Assembly: GCA_017886205.1 (NCBI GenBank)
Contig: JAFNEO010000009.1
Location: forward strand, 71,747-135,746
Length of the DNA: 64,000 bases
Direction: 5' to 3'
Source of the DNA: Candidatus Aminicenantes bacterium
GTDB taxonomy: Bacteria > Acidobacteriota > Aminicenantia > Aminicenantales > UBA8522
Part shown: one piece after another, positions 38,878-51,097 of the stretch
Layout of the letters: the number at the start of each line of letters is the position of its first letter
Position numbering within the stretch: the stretch's first letter is position 1
Program-made: the position numbers and the translations under genes
Notes under the pieces: model-generated
The model's database searches: none
Told to the model about the DNA's origin: nothing
Seen by the model: only the letters and a program-made list of their open reading frames with translations

Positions 38878-40440
38878 GTGAAACTCGCACTCATTATCGG
38901 CGTTTCAGCCCTGGTCTTATGGGCGGTCGCCGTCGTCTATTACTTTCTCCGGAAGCGGCAGATCACGCAGGACCTGTTCCGGGCTCAGGAAGAAGCTAAG
39001 GCCGTCCTAGAAAAGGCCACGGCGGAAGCGAACCAGCTCACCCAGAAGGCGTCGGCCGAGGTCAAGGAGAGGTCCCGGAACTTCGAAGAGGAGTTTGACC
39101 GGCAGACCAGGGACCGGCGGAAGAAGATCAACGAGATGGAACGGCGGCTGGTCAACAAGGAGGAGAACCTCGACCGGAGGTTCCAGGCCATGGAGAGAAG
39201 AGAAGGGGAATTCTCTGGCCGGGAGCGCCGGGTCTTCCAGCGGGAGAAGGACCTCAACGTCCAGGAAGAGAAAGTAACTGGACTGGTTAAGAAGCAGATG
39301 GAGGAGCTCGAACGGATCTCCGGGTTCACCCAGGAAGAGGCCAAGGGCCAGGTCATCAAGAAGATCGAGGACGAGGCCCGGCTCGAGGCCGTCCAGGTGG
39401 TCCGCCGGATCGAGGAAGAGACCCGGGAGAAGAGCCAGGGCCTGGCCAAGGAGATCATCACCCAGGCTATCCAGAGGTCGGCGGCCGAGCATGTCGTCGA
39501 GACGACCGTATCGGTCGTGGACCTTCCCTCGGAAGACATGAAAGGCCGGATCATCGGCCGGGAAGGCCGGAACATCCGGGCCCTGGAGCTGGCCACCGGT
39601 GTCGACATCATCGTTGACGACACCCCCGAGGCCGTGATCCTCTCGAGCTTCGACCCCATTCGCCGCGAGCTCGCCCGGCTGGCCATCGAGAAGCTCGTCA
39701 TCGACGGCCGGATCCACCCGGCCCGGATCGAGGAGATCGTCGAGAACATCAAGGTGGAGCTCGAGAACAAGATCAAGCAGGAAGGCGAAACGGTCATGCT
39801 CGAGCTTCGCGTTCAGAACATCCATCCCGAGCTGGTCAAGCTCCTGGGCAAGCTGAAATACCGCACGAGCTACGGCCAGAATGTGCTCCAGCACTCCAAG
39901 GAAGTCGCCATGCTGTGCGCGCTGATGGCGAGAGAGCTGGGCCTGGATACCCAGGTGGCGCTGCGGGCGGGGCTGCTCCATGATATCGGCAAGGCCGTGG
40001 ACAGAGACGTGGAAGGGACCCACACCGAGCTGAGCGTCGAGCTGGTTAAGAAGTACGGCGAATCGGACAAAGTGGCCCAGGCCATCGCCTCCCATCACCG
40101 GGATGTCGATTTCCCGTCGGTCGAGGCCGTCCTCGTCCAGGCGGCAGACACCCTATCGGCGGCGAGGCCGGGGGCACGGCGGGAACTTCTTGAGACCTAC
40201 ATCAAGCGGCTGGAGAAGCTCGAGGAGATCGCCCATACCTTCGACGGCGTATCCAAGGCTTTCGCGCTCCAAGCTGGCCGGGAAATCCGTATCATCGTCG
40301 AGAGCCAGAAGATCTCCGACGACCGCGCGGCCCTGGTGGCCAAGGACATCGCCCAGAAGATCAAGAACGAGCTCGATTATCCGGGTCAGATTAAGGTCAC
40401 TGTCATCCGCGAGATGAGGGCCGTGGAATATGCCAGATAA
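38878..40440 (+). CDS. rny: Ribonuclease Y
   Basis: N-terminal TM helix, coiled coil, KH motif [15 protein letters not shown] motif [15 protein letters not shown]. Confidence 0.97.
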   Translation: MKLALIIGVSALVLWAVAVVYYFLRKRQITQDLFRAQEEAKAVLEKATAEANQLTQKASAEVKERSRNFEEEFDRQTRDRRKKINEMERRLVNKEENLDRRFQAMERREGEFSGRERRVFQREKDLNVQEEKVTGLVKKQMEELERISGFTQEEAKGQVIKKIEDEARLEAVQVVRRIEEETREKSQGLAKEIITQAIQRSAAEHVVETTVSVVDLPSEDMKGRIIGREGRNIRALELATGVDIIVDDTPEAVILSSFDPIRRELARLAIEKLVIDGRIHPARIEEIVENIKVELENKIKQEGETVMLELRVQNIHPELVKLLGKLKYRTSYGQNVLQHSKEVAMLCALMARELGLDTQVALRAGLLHDIGKAVDRDVEGTHTELSVELVKKYGESDKVAQAIASHHRDVDFPSVEAVLVQAADTLSAARPGARRELLETYIKRLEKLEEIAHTFDGVSKAFALQAGREIRIIVESQKISDDRAALVAKDIAQKIKNELDYPGQIKVTVIREMRAVEYAR

Positions 40441-41222
40441 GCTGGGTTTCCTCTTCATCGGCGATATCATCGGCCATCCTGGCCGCCGGGCGCTCCGCAG
40501 ATGCCTGCCCCGGCTCAGAGAAAAGTATTCTCCGGATTTTATCGTGGCCAATGCCGAGAACGCGGCCGGCGGAGTGGGGATTACCGAGGAGGTGGGGACA
40601 GAGCTCCTCGGGCTGGTCGATATCCTCACCTCGGGCAATCATGTCTGGGACAAGAAAGAAGCGCTTCCTTACCTCGACCGCGAGCCGCGCCTCCTCCGGC
40701 CGGCCAACTATCCTTCACCGAATCCCGGCAAGGGTTCCTATATCCTGGAGAGCACACGAGGCTGGAAGGCGGGAGTCCTGAACCTTCAGGGAAGGGTCTT
40801 CATGGAGCCGCTTGACTGCCCGTTCCGGGTAGCGGACGGAGAGGTGGCCAAGCTCCGTGCTGTGACTCCCATCATCGTCGTCGATTTTCACGCGGAAGCC
40901 ACCTCGGAGAAGCAGGCTCTGGGCTGGCACCTCGACGGCAAGGTCTCGGCGGTCATCGGGACGCACACCCATGTCCCCACGGCCGACGAACGCATCCTGC
41001 CTCGCGGGACCGCCTACATAACGGACGTCGGCATGGTGGGAGGGTACCACTCCGTCATCGGAATCCGGCCGGAGCAGGCCGTGGCCCGCTTTCTCACGGC
41101 GCGGCCGCAGCGATTCGAGCCGGAGAAAGAAGGATTGGTCTTCTCCTCCGTCTATATCGAGGTGGACACCGCGACCGGCCGGGCCCTCTCGGTCCGGCGG
41201 GAGACGATCATCGAGGAGAGCG

Positions 41223-41230
<8 letters not shown>
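40430..41230 (+). CDS. ymdB: YmdB/TIGR00282 metallophosphoesterase
   Basis: [29 protein letters not shown] and GTHTHV motifs. Confidence 0.93.
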
Positions 41231-42550
<1,320 letters not shown>

Positions 42551-42554
<4 letters not shown>

Positions 42555-42856
42555 CCAGCCTGAGTTTCGAAAAGGCTCTGTCCGACCTGGAGGGCATCGT
42601 CCAGAAGCTGGAAAAGGGGGGGCTATCCCTGAACGAATCGCTGGCCCTTTTTGAGAAGGGGGTCAAGCTGGCCAAGTACCTCCGGGAAGAGCTGGGGAAG
42701 GCCGAGAAGAAGGTCGAGATCCTCCTCAAGGACGACAAAGGAGAAGTCCGGAAAGAGCCCTTCGACCTCGACCGGGAAGTGGGCTTTTCCTCGGAGAAAG
42801 ACAAAGAGGAAGACAAGGAGGATGAGGAGGACGAAGAGGAGGAGACACCCTTCTGA
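42551..42856 (+). CDS. xseB: Exodeoxyribonuclease VII small subunit
   Basis: SFEKAL..LE.IV..LE.G.LSL.ESLALFEKGV; acidic tail. Confidence 0.93.
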
Positions 42857-42860
42857 GGCC

Positions 42861-43730
42861 ATGCGAATCCAAGACAGCCTGGCGGCGAAAAAACGCTTGA
42901 TCGAGAGGGCCCTCGAGCGCCTCCTTTCGCGGGACGATTCCCTCCTCTTCCCGGTAATGCGCTACGCTGTCCTTCCGGGAGGCAAGCGGTTCCGGCCGCT
43001 TCTGCTGCTCTCCTCAGGGGCCTGTTTCAACGCCGCCCCGCGCCTCCTCCTTCCCTTCGCCTGCGCCATCGAGCTCATCCATAACTATTCTCTCGTCCAC
43101 GACGATCTGCCGTCCATGGACAACGATGACTTCCGGCGCGGCAAGCCGACCTGCCACCGGGCCTTCGGAGAGGACCTGGCCATCCTCGCGGGGGACGCAC
43201 TGCTGACCCTGGCCTTCGAGGTGATGGCCGGGGCCGCCTTTCCCGCGGACGCGCTGGTGCGTAAGCACGAGGCCATCCGGACGATCAGCCGGAGCGCAGG
43301 GGTTGACGGACTGATCGGCGGCCAGGTGCTGGACATCACCTTGAAGCCGAAGAGATTGACCCGGCCGAAAATCGATGAGCTCATCCGCAAAAAGACGGGT
43401 GCGCTGATCGCCGCCGCGGTCGAGGTGGGGGCCATCCTCGGCCGGGCCCGCCCCGCCGAGAGATGCGCCGTCTTGGACTACGGGAAGAATATCGGGCTGG
43501 CCTTTCAGGTCCGGGACGACATCCTGGATTCACGCCGGAAAAAGAAAACGGGCGTCCCGAACCGCCCCGGCTACGTCGTTTTCGCTGGAGAGGAAAAGGC
43601 CGGCAAAAGGCTGGAGGGACTGGTCCGCAAGGCCGTCGGCTCTCTGGGGGCATTCTCGCCCCGGGCCGAAGAACTCCGCTGGCTCGCTCTGTCTCTTCTC
43701 GAGCCGGAGCGGGAGGTCGCCCGTGCCTAA
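42861..43730 (+). CDS. ispA: Polyprenyl (farnesyl) diphosphate synthase
   Basis: GGKRFRP, HDDLPSMD, RRGKPT, KKTG and FQVRDDILD motifs; ATG at 42861. Confidence 0.9.
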   Translation: MRIQDSLAAKKRLIERALERLLSRDDSLLFPVMRYAVLPGGKRFRPLLLLSSGACFNAAPRLLLPFACAIELIHNYSLVHDDLPSMDNDDFRRGKPTCHRAFGEDLAILAGDALLTLAFEVMAGAAFPADALVRKHEAIRTISRSAGVDGLIGGQVLDITLKPKRLTRPKIDELIRKKTGALIAAAVEVGAILGRARPAERCAVLDYGKNIGLAFQVRDDILDSRRKKKTGVPNRPGYVVFAGEEKAGKRLEGLVRKAVGSLGAFSPRAEELRWLALSLLEPEREVARA

Positions 43731-45594
43731 GATCCTCGACGACATCCACAGCCCGCGTGACCTGAAGAAGCTCCCGCCGGAAAATTTGCCCCAGGTCGCG
43801 GACGAGATCCGGGCGCTGATCCTGGATGTCGTTTCCAAGAACGGCGGCCACCTGGCCTCCAACCTGGGGGCCGTGGAGTTAACGATCGCCCTCCACTACG
43901 TCTTTGATTCTCCCCGCGATACGATCATCTGGGACGTCGGCCACCAGTGCTACTCCCACAAGATCCTGACCGGACGCCGGGAGCGGTTCTGTACTCTACG
44001 GCAGCACCAGGGGATCCTGGGTTTCCCCGACCGGGAGGAGAGTGAGCACGATATCTATAACACGGGCCACGCTTCGACCGCCCTCTCGGCCGCCTTGGGC
44101 ATCGCTGTAGCGAGGGACAGGCGCAAGGACGACCACAAGGTCATTGCCGTGGTCGGCGACGGCGGCCTGACCGGCGGCGTCGCTTGGGAGGCGCTCAACC
44201 AGATCGGCCAGCTGCGCGAGCCGATGGTCATTGTCCTCAATTTCAACGAGATGTCGATCTCGCCGAACGTGGGCGCCCTGTCCAAGTACCTCAGTTACCT
44301 AGTCTCCGGCCAGCACTATCTCCGGATCAAGGACCACGCCAAGTCCATCCTCAAGTCCATTCCGGCCGTCGGCCAGCCCATAATCAAGGTCGGCCGGGCG
44401 ATGGAGGACGCCATCAAGAAGGTTTTCTTCCCCGGCCTGGTATTCGAGGAGCTGGGCATTCGGTATGTCGGGCCGGTCCAAGGCCACAGCCTGACCTCCC
44501 TGATCGAGGTCTTTGAGGACGCCAAAACCTATGACGGCCCCGTCCTGATCCACTGCGTGACGCAGAAGGGGCGCGGCTATGCCCCGGCCCGGAGCAACCC
44601 GGAGAGGTTCCACGGCACGGCACCCTTCAACCGGGCGACGGGCGAGCCGCTCAGCAATGCCACCGCGCCCACATACTCGCAGGTGTTTGGCCAGACCATG
44701 CTCAAGCTGGCTCGCCGGGACGAGAGGATCATCGCCATCACGGCCGCCATGCCGGAAGGCACGGGACTGAGCCACTTCGCCAGGGAGTTGCCCGGCCGAT
44801 TCTACGATGTCGGCATCGCCGAGCAGCACGCCGTGAATTTCGCGGCCGGCTTGGCCCTGCGCGGCCTCAAGCCGGTCGTGGCCATCTATTCCACCTTCCT
44901 GCAGCGGGCCTATGACCAGCTCTACCACGATGTCTCGCTCCAGGATCTGCCCATCGTCTTCGCCCTGGACCGCGCCGGGGTCGTCTCGGATGATGGGCCC
45001 ACCCACCAAGGGGTTAACGATATCATCTACCTGCGTCATATGCCCCACATGATCGTCATGGCGCCCAAGGACGAGAATGAGCTGCAGCGGATGCTGAAAT
45101 CGGCGCTCACTTATGGTCATCCGACGGCCATTCGCTTCCCCAAAGGCAAAGGGCGCGGGGCGGCGCTCGAGGACGATCCCCAGGAAATCGCGCCGGGACA
45201 GAGCGAGTTGCTCAAGGAAGGGAAGAGCCTGCTGCTGGCCTACGGCAGCATGGTCTATCCGGCCCTCGAGGCCGCAGCCGAACTGGAGAAAGAGGGCCTC
45301 TCCCTGGCCGTCATCAACGCCCGGTTCACCAAGCCCCTGGACGAGGAGGCCATCCTTTCATACGCTCAAAAGGGGAATGCGGTGATCACGGTCGAGGAAG
45401 GCGTGGTCAGCGGAGGGTTCGGGAGCGCGGTCCGGGAGTTCCTTGACCGGGAGCGCCGGTTCGACCTCCGGTTCCTTGCCATCGGCCTGCCGCCGGAGGT
45501 TTACCCTCTAGGGAAGGCCGAGCAGATCCGGAAGACCTACGGGCTGGACGCCGCCGGCCTGGCCGGCCGGATCCGGCGTTTTTTGGGTGAATAA
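43723..45594 (+). CDS. dxs: 1-deoxy-D-xylulose-5-phosphate synthase
   Basis: GGHLASNLG, WDVGHQ, GDG, DVGIAEQHA, YSTFLQRAYDQ and DGPTHQG motifs. Confidence 0.97.
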   Translation: MPKILDDIHSPRDLKKLPPENLPQVADEIRALILDVVSKNGGHLASNLGAVELTIALHYVFDSPRDTIIWDVGHQCYSHKILTGRRERFCTLRQHQGILGFPDREESEHDIYNTGHASTALSAALGIAVARDRRKDDHKVIAVVGDGGLTGGVAWEALNQIGQLREPMVIVLNFNEMSISPNVGALSKYLSYLVSGQHYLRIKDHAKSILKSIPAVGQPIIKVGRAMEDAIKKVFFPGLVFEELGIRYVGPVQGHSLTSLIEVFEDAKTYDGPVLIHCVTQKGRGYAPARSNPERFHGTAPFNRATGEPLSNATAPTYSQVFGQTMLKLARRDERIIAITAAMPEGTGLSHFARELPGRFYDVGIAEQHAVNFAAGLALRGLKPVVAIYSTFLQRAYDQLYHDVSLQDLPIVFALDRAGVVSDDGPTHQGVNDIIYLRHMPHMIVMAPKDENELQRMLKSALTYGHPTAIRFPKGKGRGAALEDDPQEIAPGQSELLKEGKSLLLAYGSMVYPALEAAAELEKEGLSLAVINARFTKPLDEEAILSYAQKGNAVITVEEGVVSGGFGSAVREFLDRERRFDLRFLAIGLPPEVYPLGKAEQIRKTYGLDAAGLAGRIRRFLGE

Positions 45595-45619
45595 TCTCTA
45601 CTTTTCCCATAATAATAGT

Positions 45620-46414
45620 ATGGTTAAAAAGGAGAGGGCCGATCAGGTTGTCCTGAGCCGAGGCCTGGCCGAGAGCCGCAAGAAGGCCCAGGCGCTCATC
45701 ATGGCCGGGCTCGTCACCGCCGGCGTCCGGAAGGTGGAGAAACCAGGAGAACTCCTCGACACCGAGGTTCCGCTCGCCGTCGAGAAGGGAATCCCCTATG
45801 CAAGCCGCGGCGGGCTGAAGCTCGCCGAGGCGCTGGAGGCGTTCGCCGTCCGGGTTGAGGGGAAGGTTGCGGCCGACCTTGGCGCATCGACCGGCGGGTT
45901 CACGGACTGCCTCCTTCAGAGAGGGGCCAGGGTGGTCTATGCCGTCGACGTCTCCACCAGCCAGCTCGACTGGTGGCTGCGGCGCGACCCGCGCGTGGTT
46001 CCTCTGAAGAAGAACGCCCGTTATCTGACCGCCGAGGACTTCCCGGAACGGCCGGACATCGTGACCATGGATCTGTCTTTCATCTCCGTGCTCAAGGTGC
46101 TTCCGGCAGTCCGCCAATTCCTGGCTGACGGTGACGTACTCGGCTTGCTCAAACCCCAGTTCGAGGTGGCGAAGGGAAAGGTGGGAAAACGGGGTGTCGT
46201 CCGGAACCCGGTGCAACATGAATTGGTTCTGGACCAGCTGCTGCAAGGAGCGCGGGAACTGGGCTTCGGCGTCCGTGGTCTTCACGGATGCAAGGTCCGC
46301 GGACAGAGGGGGAACAGAGAGTTCTTCGTTCACTGGACGTTGACGGGACCGTCCCTGTCTCCGGAGAAAGTCCGAGAATTGGTTAGGGAGGTGGTCTATG
46401 GGGAGAAAAATTGA
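45620..46414 (+). CDS. tlyA: TlyA family rRNA methyltransferase
   Basis: S4 domain, YASRGGLKL, DLGASTGGFTD, DLSFIS and KPQFE motifs; ATG at 45620. Confidence 0.94.
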   Translation: MVKKERADQVVLSRGLAESRKKAQALIMAGLVTAGVRKVEKPGELLDTEVPLAVEKGIPYASRGGLKLAEALEAFAVRVEGKVAADLGASTGGFTDCLLQRGARVVYAVDVSTSQLDWWLRRDPRVVPLKKNARYLTAEDFPERPDIVTMDLSFISVLKVLPAVRQFLADGDVLGLLKPQFEVAKGKVGKRGVVRNPVQHELVLDQLLQGARELGFGVRGLHGCKVRGQRGNREFFVHWTLTGPSLSPEKVRELVREVVYGEKN

Positions 46415-47255
46415 AACCGCCGGCGTCGTTATCAAACCTCACGCGCCCAATATCGAAGAGATCCTGCGCGACCTGATGCGGGGCCTGGAGGAGAGAAAGA
46501 TCGCCTGCCTTCTAGAGGACGTGGCCGCGCGCAAGCTGCTCCTGAAGGACGGGGTGCCGCGCGAGGAGCTACCGGCCCGGGTGGACCTGATGATCGTCCT
46601 CGGGGGGGACGGCACCCTTCTCAGTGTCGCCCACTTGGCCGCCCAGAGGGACGTCCCGGTGCTGGGCGTCAACCTGGGGCGTCTCGGTTTCCTGACCGAA
46701 GTGCCGACCAACGAGATCTATGTCACGCTCGATTCCTTTCTCGCCGGCCATGAGGAGACCATCAGTCACCGTCTGCTCCTCGAGGCCGGATGCCGCGGCA
46801 AGAGCTACTATTGCCTGAATGACGTCGTCATCAACAAAGGGGCCGTGGCCCGGATGATCCAGATCGGGATCTGGATCGACGACAGGGAGATCGCCGCCCT
46901 GAAGGGCGACGGGCTGATCGTCTCGACCCCGACCGGATCGACCGCCTACTCTCTTTCCGCGGGCGGGCCCATCGTCCAGCCCTTTGTCCCCGCTCTTGTG
47001 CTGTCGCCCATCTGCCCTCACACCCTTTCCTTCCGGCCGATGGTCGTCGCCTCCAGTTCAAGGATCAGGCTCCAGCTCCTGACGGCCGGCGAGGAGGTCT
47101 ACCTCACACTGGACGGTCAGAGGGGCATCACCTTGGGGAAGAACGACGTTATCGAGATCAAAAAGGCCGCGTTCGCGCTCAAGCTCCTCTCCTCGCCGAA
47201 GAGAAACTACTTTGACCTGCTCAAAGAGAAGCTCGGCTGGGCCACCTTCCCCTAG
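46398..47255 (+). CDS. nadK: NAD(+) kinase
   Basis: GGDGT, NLGRLGFL, LND and DGLIVSTPTGSTAYSLSAGGP motifs. Confidence 0.96.
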   Translation: MGRKIETAGVVIKPHAPNIEEILRDLMRGLEERKIACLLEDVAARKLLLKDGVPREELPARVDLMIVLGGDGTLLSVAHLAAQRDVPVLGVNLGRLGFLTEVPTNEIYVTLDSFLAGHEETISHRLLLEAGCRGKSYYCLNDVVINKGAVARMIQIGIWIDDREIAALKGDGLIVSTPTGSTAYSLSAGGPIVQPFVPALVLSPICPHTLSFRPMVVASSSRIRLQLLTAGEEVYLTLDGQRGITLGKNDVIEIKKAAFALKLLSSPKRNYFDLLKEKLGWATFP

Positions 47256-47260
47256 TTCGT

Positions 47261-47289
47261 TTGACAATTCACCGCCCCGCCATTAAGAT
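47261..47289 (+). promoter_or_regulatory. Sigma70 promoter of glgA-trxA-trxB
   Basis: TTGACA (47261-47266), 17-nt spacer, TAAGAT (47284-47289), ATG at 47301. Confidence 0.65.
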
Positions 47290-47300
47290 AATTTCCTCCG

Positions 47301-48773
47301 ATGAGAAACGAGCTTCGCGTTGCCCTGGTCACGCCGGAAGCCGCTCCCCTCGCCAAGTCCGGTGAGCTGGCGGAATTCTGCGCGGCTCTTCCCCGTTATC
47401 TGACCTCCCTCGGGCTGAAAATTTCGCTGATCATGCCCAGGTACAGCACCCCCCAGATCGCCTCGCTGGATGCAGCCGTCGTTTTTCCCGAGATCTCCAT
47501 CCCGCTGAACGGTGAGCGGGCCAAGGCCTCCGTCCTCCGGGCGGAACAGAGGGGCTATAACGTCTACTTCATCGACAGCCCCAAGTACTTTTTACGAGAG
47601 AACATCTACGGCCCTTCCACCGGGAACTACCTGGATAACGACGAGCGCTTCGTCTTCTTCAGCCGGGCCGTCCTGGAGTTCCTGCGGCAGTCCGGCCTGT
47701 CCCTCGACGTGATCCATTGCCACAACTGGCCGACCGCCCTTATCCCCGTGTTTCTGCAGTCCCATTACCGGGAGGACCCCGGCCTTAAGTCCGTGGCCAC
47801 CGTCCTGACGCTTCATAACACCGCTTATCAGGGCGAGTTCCCGGCCGAGAGCCTGGCCCTGACAGAATTGAACTGGGACTTCTTCAGCCCGCGGCACCTT
47901 TCCCTGAACGGCAAATTCAATTTCCTTCAGGCCGGCGCCCTTTATGCCGACCTGGTCAACACCGTGAGTTCGACCTACGAGAAGGAGCTTCTGTCCAAGA
48001 AAAACAGGACCGGGCTGAGTGGAGTCCTGAGAAAGCGAAGGAAGGCCTTCATGAGCGTGCGCAACGGCATCGACCGGAATGCCTGGGACCCGGAGAAGGA
48101 CCCCTACATCGCCGCCAACTTCGGCCCGGGCCGGACCGATGGCAAGGCGAAATGCAAGCAGGACTTGATCTCCGTAATCGGGCTCGCCACGTCTGCGGAG
48201 ATGCCTCTCGTCGCTTTCGTCTCCCATCTGTCCCGCCATAAAGGCGCCGCTATCCTGGCCCAGTCCCTGGAGGCGATCGTCAATCTTGGGGCCGGAGTCG
48301 TGATCTGCGGCCAGGGAGAGGAGCGGTATCAGAAGGAGTTTCAGGCCGCCGCCCGTCGTTTTCCAGGACGGGTCGTCCTCCGCTTCGAGTCGAACCCGGT
48401 GCTGATGCACAAGATCATGGCCGGCGCCGATATCCTGCTCATCCCCTCGCTTACCGAGCCCAGCGGGCTCAATCAGTTTGCGGCTTTCCGGTACGGGGCG
48501 GTCCCGGTCGTCCGGGCCACCGGCGGTTTAAAGGAAGCGGTCCGCGCCTACAACCCCAGAACGGGGTCCGGCAACGGCTTTGTTTTCCGCGATTATTCGA
48601 CCGAGGCCCTGTCCCGTGCTGTTAGGCAGGCCGCCGACTGCTACACCGGGAATCCGGTCCACTGGCGGAAGCTGATGGAGGAGGGAATGCGCCAGAAATT
48701 CTCCTGGGAAGACACGGCCCGCGGATATGCGGAGCTCTATCAAAGGGCACTGGAATTCAAGAGAGGAGGCTGA
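47301..48773 (+). CDS. glgA: Glycogen synthase-like GT5 protein with altered motifs
   Basis: DNDERF, HCHNW, TLHN, NTVS, NGID, EPSGLNQ and TGGL motifs; the KTGG motif reads KSGE. Confidence 0.85.
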   Translation: MRNELRVALVTPEAAPLAKSGELAEFCAALPRYLTSLGLKISLIMPRYSTPQIASLDAAVVFPEISIPLNGERAKASVLRAEQRGYNVYFIDSPKYFLRENIYGPSTGNYLDNDERFVFFSRAVLEFLRQSGLSLDVIHCHNWPTALIPVFLQSHYREDPGLKSVATVLTLHNTAYQGEFPAESLALTELNWDFFSPRHLSLNGKFNFLQAGALYADLVNTVSSTYEKELLSKKNRTGLSGVLRKRRKAFMSVRNGIDRNAWDPEKDPYIAANFGPGRTDGKAKCKQDLISVIGLATSAEMPLVAFVSHLSRHKGAAILAQSLEAIVNLGAGVVICGQGEERYQKEFQAAARRFPGRVVLRFESNPVLMHKIMAGADILLIPSLTEPSGLNQFAAFRYGAVPVVRATGGLKEAVRAYNPRTGSGNGFVFRDYSTEALSRAVRQAADCYTGNPVHWRKLMEEGMRQKFSWEDTARGYAELYQRALEFKRGG

Positions 48774-48780
48774 ATTGCCC

Positions 48781-49101
48781 ATGGATATTCCGAGCGTTAC
48801 GGACGCCAATTTCGACGAGGAAGTGCTGAAGTCTCCGCTTCCTGTGTTGATCGATTTCTGGGCCGCCTGGTGCGTTCCCTGCCGGATGATCGCACCCACT
48901 GTTGAGCAAATCGCCGAGAGCCATAAAGAGAAGCTCAAGGTGGCCAAGATGAACGTCGACGAGAACATGAAAACCCCCGGCAAGTACGGCATCCGCGGTA
49001 TCCCGACGCTCCTCCTCTTCAAAGGGGGCGAGCTCAAAGAGACGATGGTGGGCGTGCAGTCGAAAGACAAGATCATCGAGATCGTTTCCAAGCATCTATG
49101 A
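48781..49101 (+). CDS. trxA: Thioredoxin
   Basis: [12 protein letters not shown] and YGIRGIPT; AGAGGAGG lies upstream of the ATG at 48781. Confidence 0.95.
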   Translation: MDIPSVTDANFDEEVLKSPLPVLIDFWAAWCVPCRMIAPTVEQIAESHKEKLKVAKMNVDENMKTPGKYGIRGIPTLLLFKGGELKETMVGVQSKDKIIEIVSKHL

Positions 49102-50027
49102 GCGCCGGCGCCGCCTATGATGTCGTGATCATCGGGGCCGGGCCGGCCGGCCTGGCCGCCGCCGTCTACACCGGCCGGGGACGCCTCCGGACCGTCGTTT
49201 TAGAGAAGGCGATCCCGGGCGGGCAGATCCTGCTCACCGACTGGGTGGAGAACTACCCCGGCTTCCCTGATGGCATCGCGCCCTTTGATCTCATGGAAAA
49301 TTTCCGGAAACAGGCCGAAAAATTCGGGGCGGTGATCGAGACCGACGAAGCCAAGGGCATCCGGCGCGAAGAAAATTTCTGGGTGGTCGCCGGCCAGAGC
49401 AAAGAGTACAAAGCGAGGGCGGTGATCATCGCCAGCGGCGCCGCCTACCGGAAGCTGGGGGTCCCCAACGAGACGCGGCTGACCGGGAAAGGGATCTCCT
49501 ACTGCGCCACCTGCGACGGCCCCTTCTTCCGGGACGCCGTGGTGGCGGTCGTAGGCGGCGGGGACAACGCTCTGACCGAGGCCGTTATGCTGACGAAGTT
49601 CTGCCGAAAGCTGTATGTTATCCACCGGCGCGACCAGTTCCGGGCCATCAAGATCCTCCAGGAGCGGGTGTTCGCCAACCCCAAGATCGAGGTCCTCTGG
49701 AATTGCGTCGTGGACGCGGCCGAGGGCGAAAACAATCTCGAGCGGGCTATCGTCCGGAACCTAAAAGAGGACAGGACTTTTCCGCTCCCCCTCGACGGGC
49801 TGTTTGTCTCCATCGGCATGGACCCGCACACCGAGTTTGTCAAGGGAGTGGTGGAGCTCAACGAGTGGGGCGAGATCAAGGTGGATTTCCGGATGGCGAC
49901 ATCGCAGCCCGGAATCTACGCCGCGGGGGATGTGGCCGACGCCTGCCCCAAGCAGGTGGCCACGGCGGTGGGGGCCGGAGTCAGCGCCGCGCTCTCGGTT
50001 AACGAATACCTAGAGTCGCTCGGCTAG
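49098..50027 (+). CDS. trxB: Thioredoxin reductase
   Basis: [30 protein letters not shown] and AAGD motifs. Confidence 0.96.
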   Translation: MSAGAAYDVVIIGAGPAGLAAAVYTGRGRLRTVVLEKAIPGGQILLTDWVENYPGFPDGIAPFDLMENFRKQAEKFGAVIETDEAKGIRREENFWVVAGQSKEYKARAVIIASGAAYRKLGVPNETRLTGKGISYCATCDGPFFRDAVVAVVGGGDNALTEAVMLTKFCRKLYVIHRRDQFRAIKILQERVFANPKIEVLWNCVVDAAEGENNLERAIVRNLKEDRTFPLPLDGLFVSIGMDPHTEFVKGVVELNEWGEIKVDFRMATSQPGIYAAGDVADACPKQVATAVGAGVSAALSVNEYLESLG

Positions 50028-51097
50028 TCTTTTCTGACAAGCCTTTCGAGCTCTTCGACGCGGGCTTTAATCTTCTTGAGGTCCTTGACCAAGTCGTAGA
50101 GCTGCGGCAGCAGCACCGACGCCTTCCTCCAATCGCGGACATCCAGCTCAGGAGTCCCGGCCACCACGGAACCGGCCGGGACGTCCCGGGCGATCCCGGT
50201 CTGAGCGATGGCGATGACGTTGTCACCGACGCTGACGTGGTCGGCCACCCCGACCTGGCCGGCCAGGACAACATTCTTCCCGATCCTGGAGCTTCCGGCG
50301 ATTCCAACCTGGCCCGCCAGGATGGTGTTTTCTCCGATCTCGACGTTGTGGGCGACCTGGACGAGGTTGTCGATCTTAGTTCCGCGGCGGATGACGGTCT
50401 CGCCGAGGGCCGCCCGGTCGATGGCGCTGTTGGCGCCGATCTCTACGTCGTCCTCGATGACCACAGTGCCTCTCTGGGGGATTTTTTTATGAGTTCCATC
50501 CTCAAGCTTGAGATAGCCGAAACCGTCTGAACCGATAACGGCTCCGCTGTGGAGGATGACCCGGGTTCCGATCCGGACGTCTTCACGGACGGAGACGTGG
50601 GAATGGATGACGCATCCCTCTCCGATTTTCACCCGCGGGTAGATCGAGGCCAACGGAAAGATGACCGTCCCGTCCCCGATCTCGACCTCGTCCCCGATAA
50701 CGGTCAGGGCGCCCACGGCGACGCGCTGTCCGATCCTGGCAGAGGGCGAGACGACAGCCGTGGGGTGTATCCCCGGCTCGGGACGGTAAGGCTGGAAAAA
50801 AAACTCCACCGCCCGGATAAAGGTCAGATGAGGGGTTTCTGAAAGGATGACCGGAATCCCGCGGAAAGGCTCCTCCGACGGGATGATGGCGGCCGCTGCC
50901 GGTGACCCTTCGAGCAGCTTCCGGAACTTGGGAGAAGCCAGGAAGACGAGGTCTCCCTTGCGGGCGTTCTCCAGGCCGGCGACACCCGAGACGACCGTCC
51001 CCCCGTCTCCCTCGAAACGGCAGGCGAGGAGGCGGGCCAATTGCTCGACGGTCAGGCCCGCGGGGCCGGCCGCAGCGGACTCAGGCGTTTTTGGCAT
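50024..51097 (-). CDS. lpxD: UDP-3-O-acylglucosamine N-acyltransferase
   Basis: Hexapeptide repeats, GSDGFGY, KIPQ and [13 protein letters not shown]. Confidence 0.95.
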   Translation of the reverse strand: MPKTPESAAAGPAGLTVEQLARLLACRFEGDGGTVVSGVAGLENARKGDLVFLASPKFRKLLEGSPAAAAIIPSEEPFRGIPVILSETPHLTFIRAVEFFFQPYRPEPGIHPTAVVSPSARIGQRVAVGALTVIGDEVEIGDGTVIFPLASIYPRVKIGEGCVIHSHVSVREDVRIGTRVILHSGAVIGSDGFGYLKLEDGTHKKIPQRGTVVIEDDVEIGANSAIDRAALGETVIRRGTKIDNLVQVAHNVEIGENTILAGQVGIAGSSRIGKNVVLAGQVGVADHVSVGDNVIAIAQTGIARDVPAGSVVAGTPELDVRDWRKASVLLPQLYDLVKDLKKIKARVEELERLVRKD

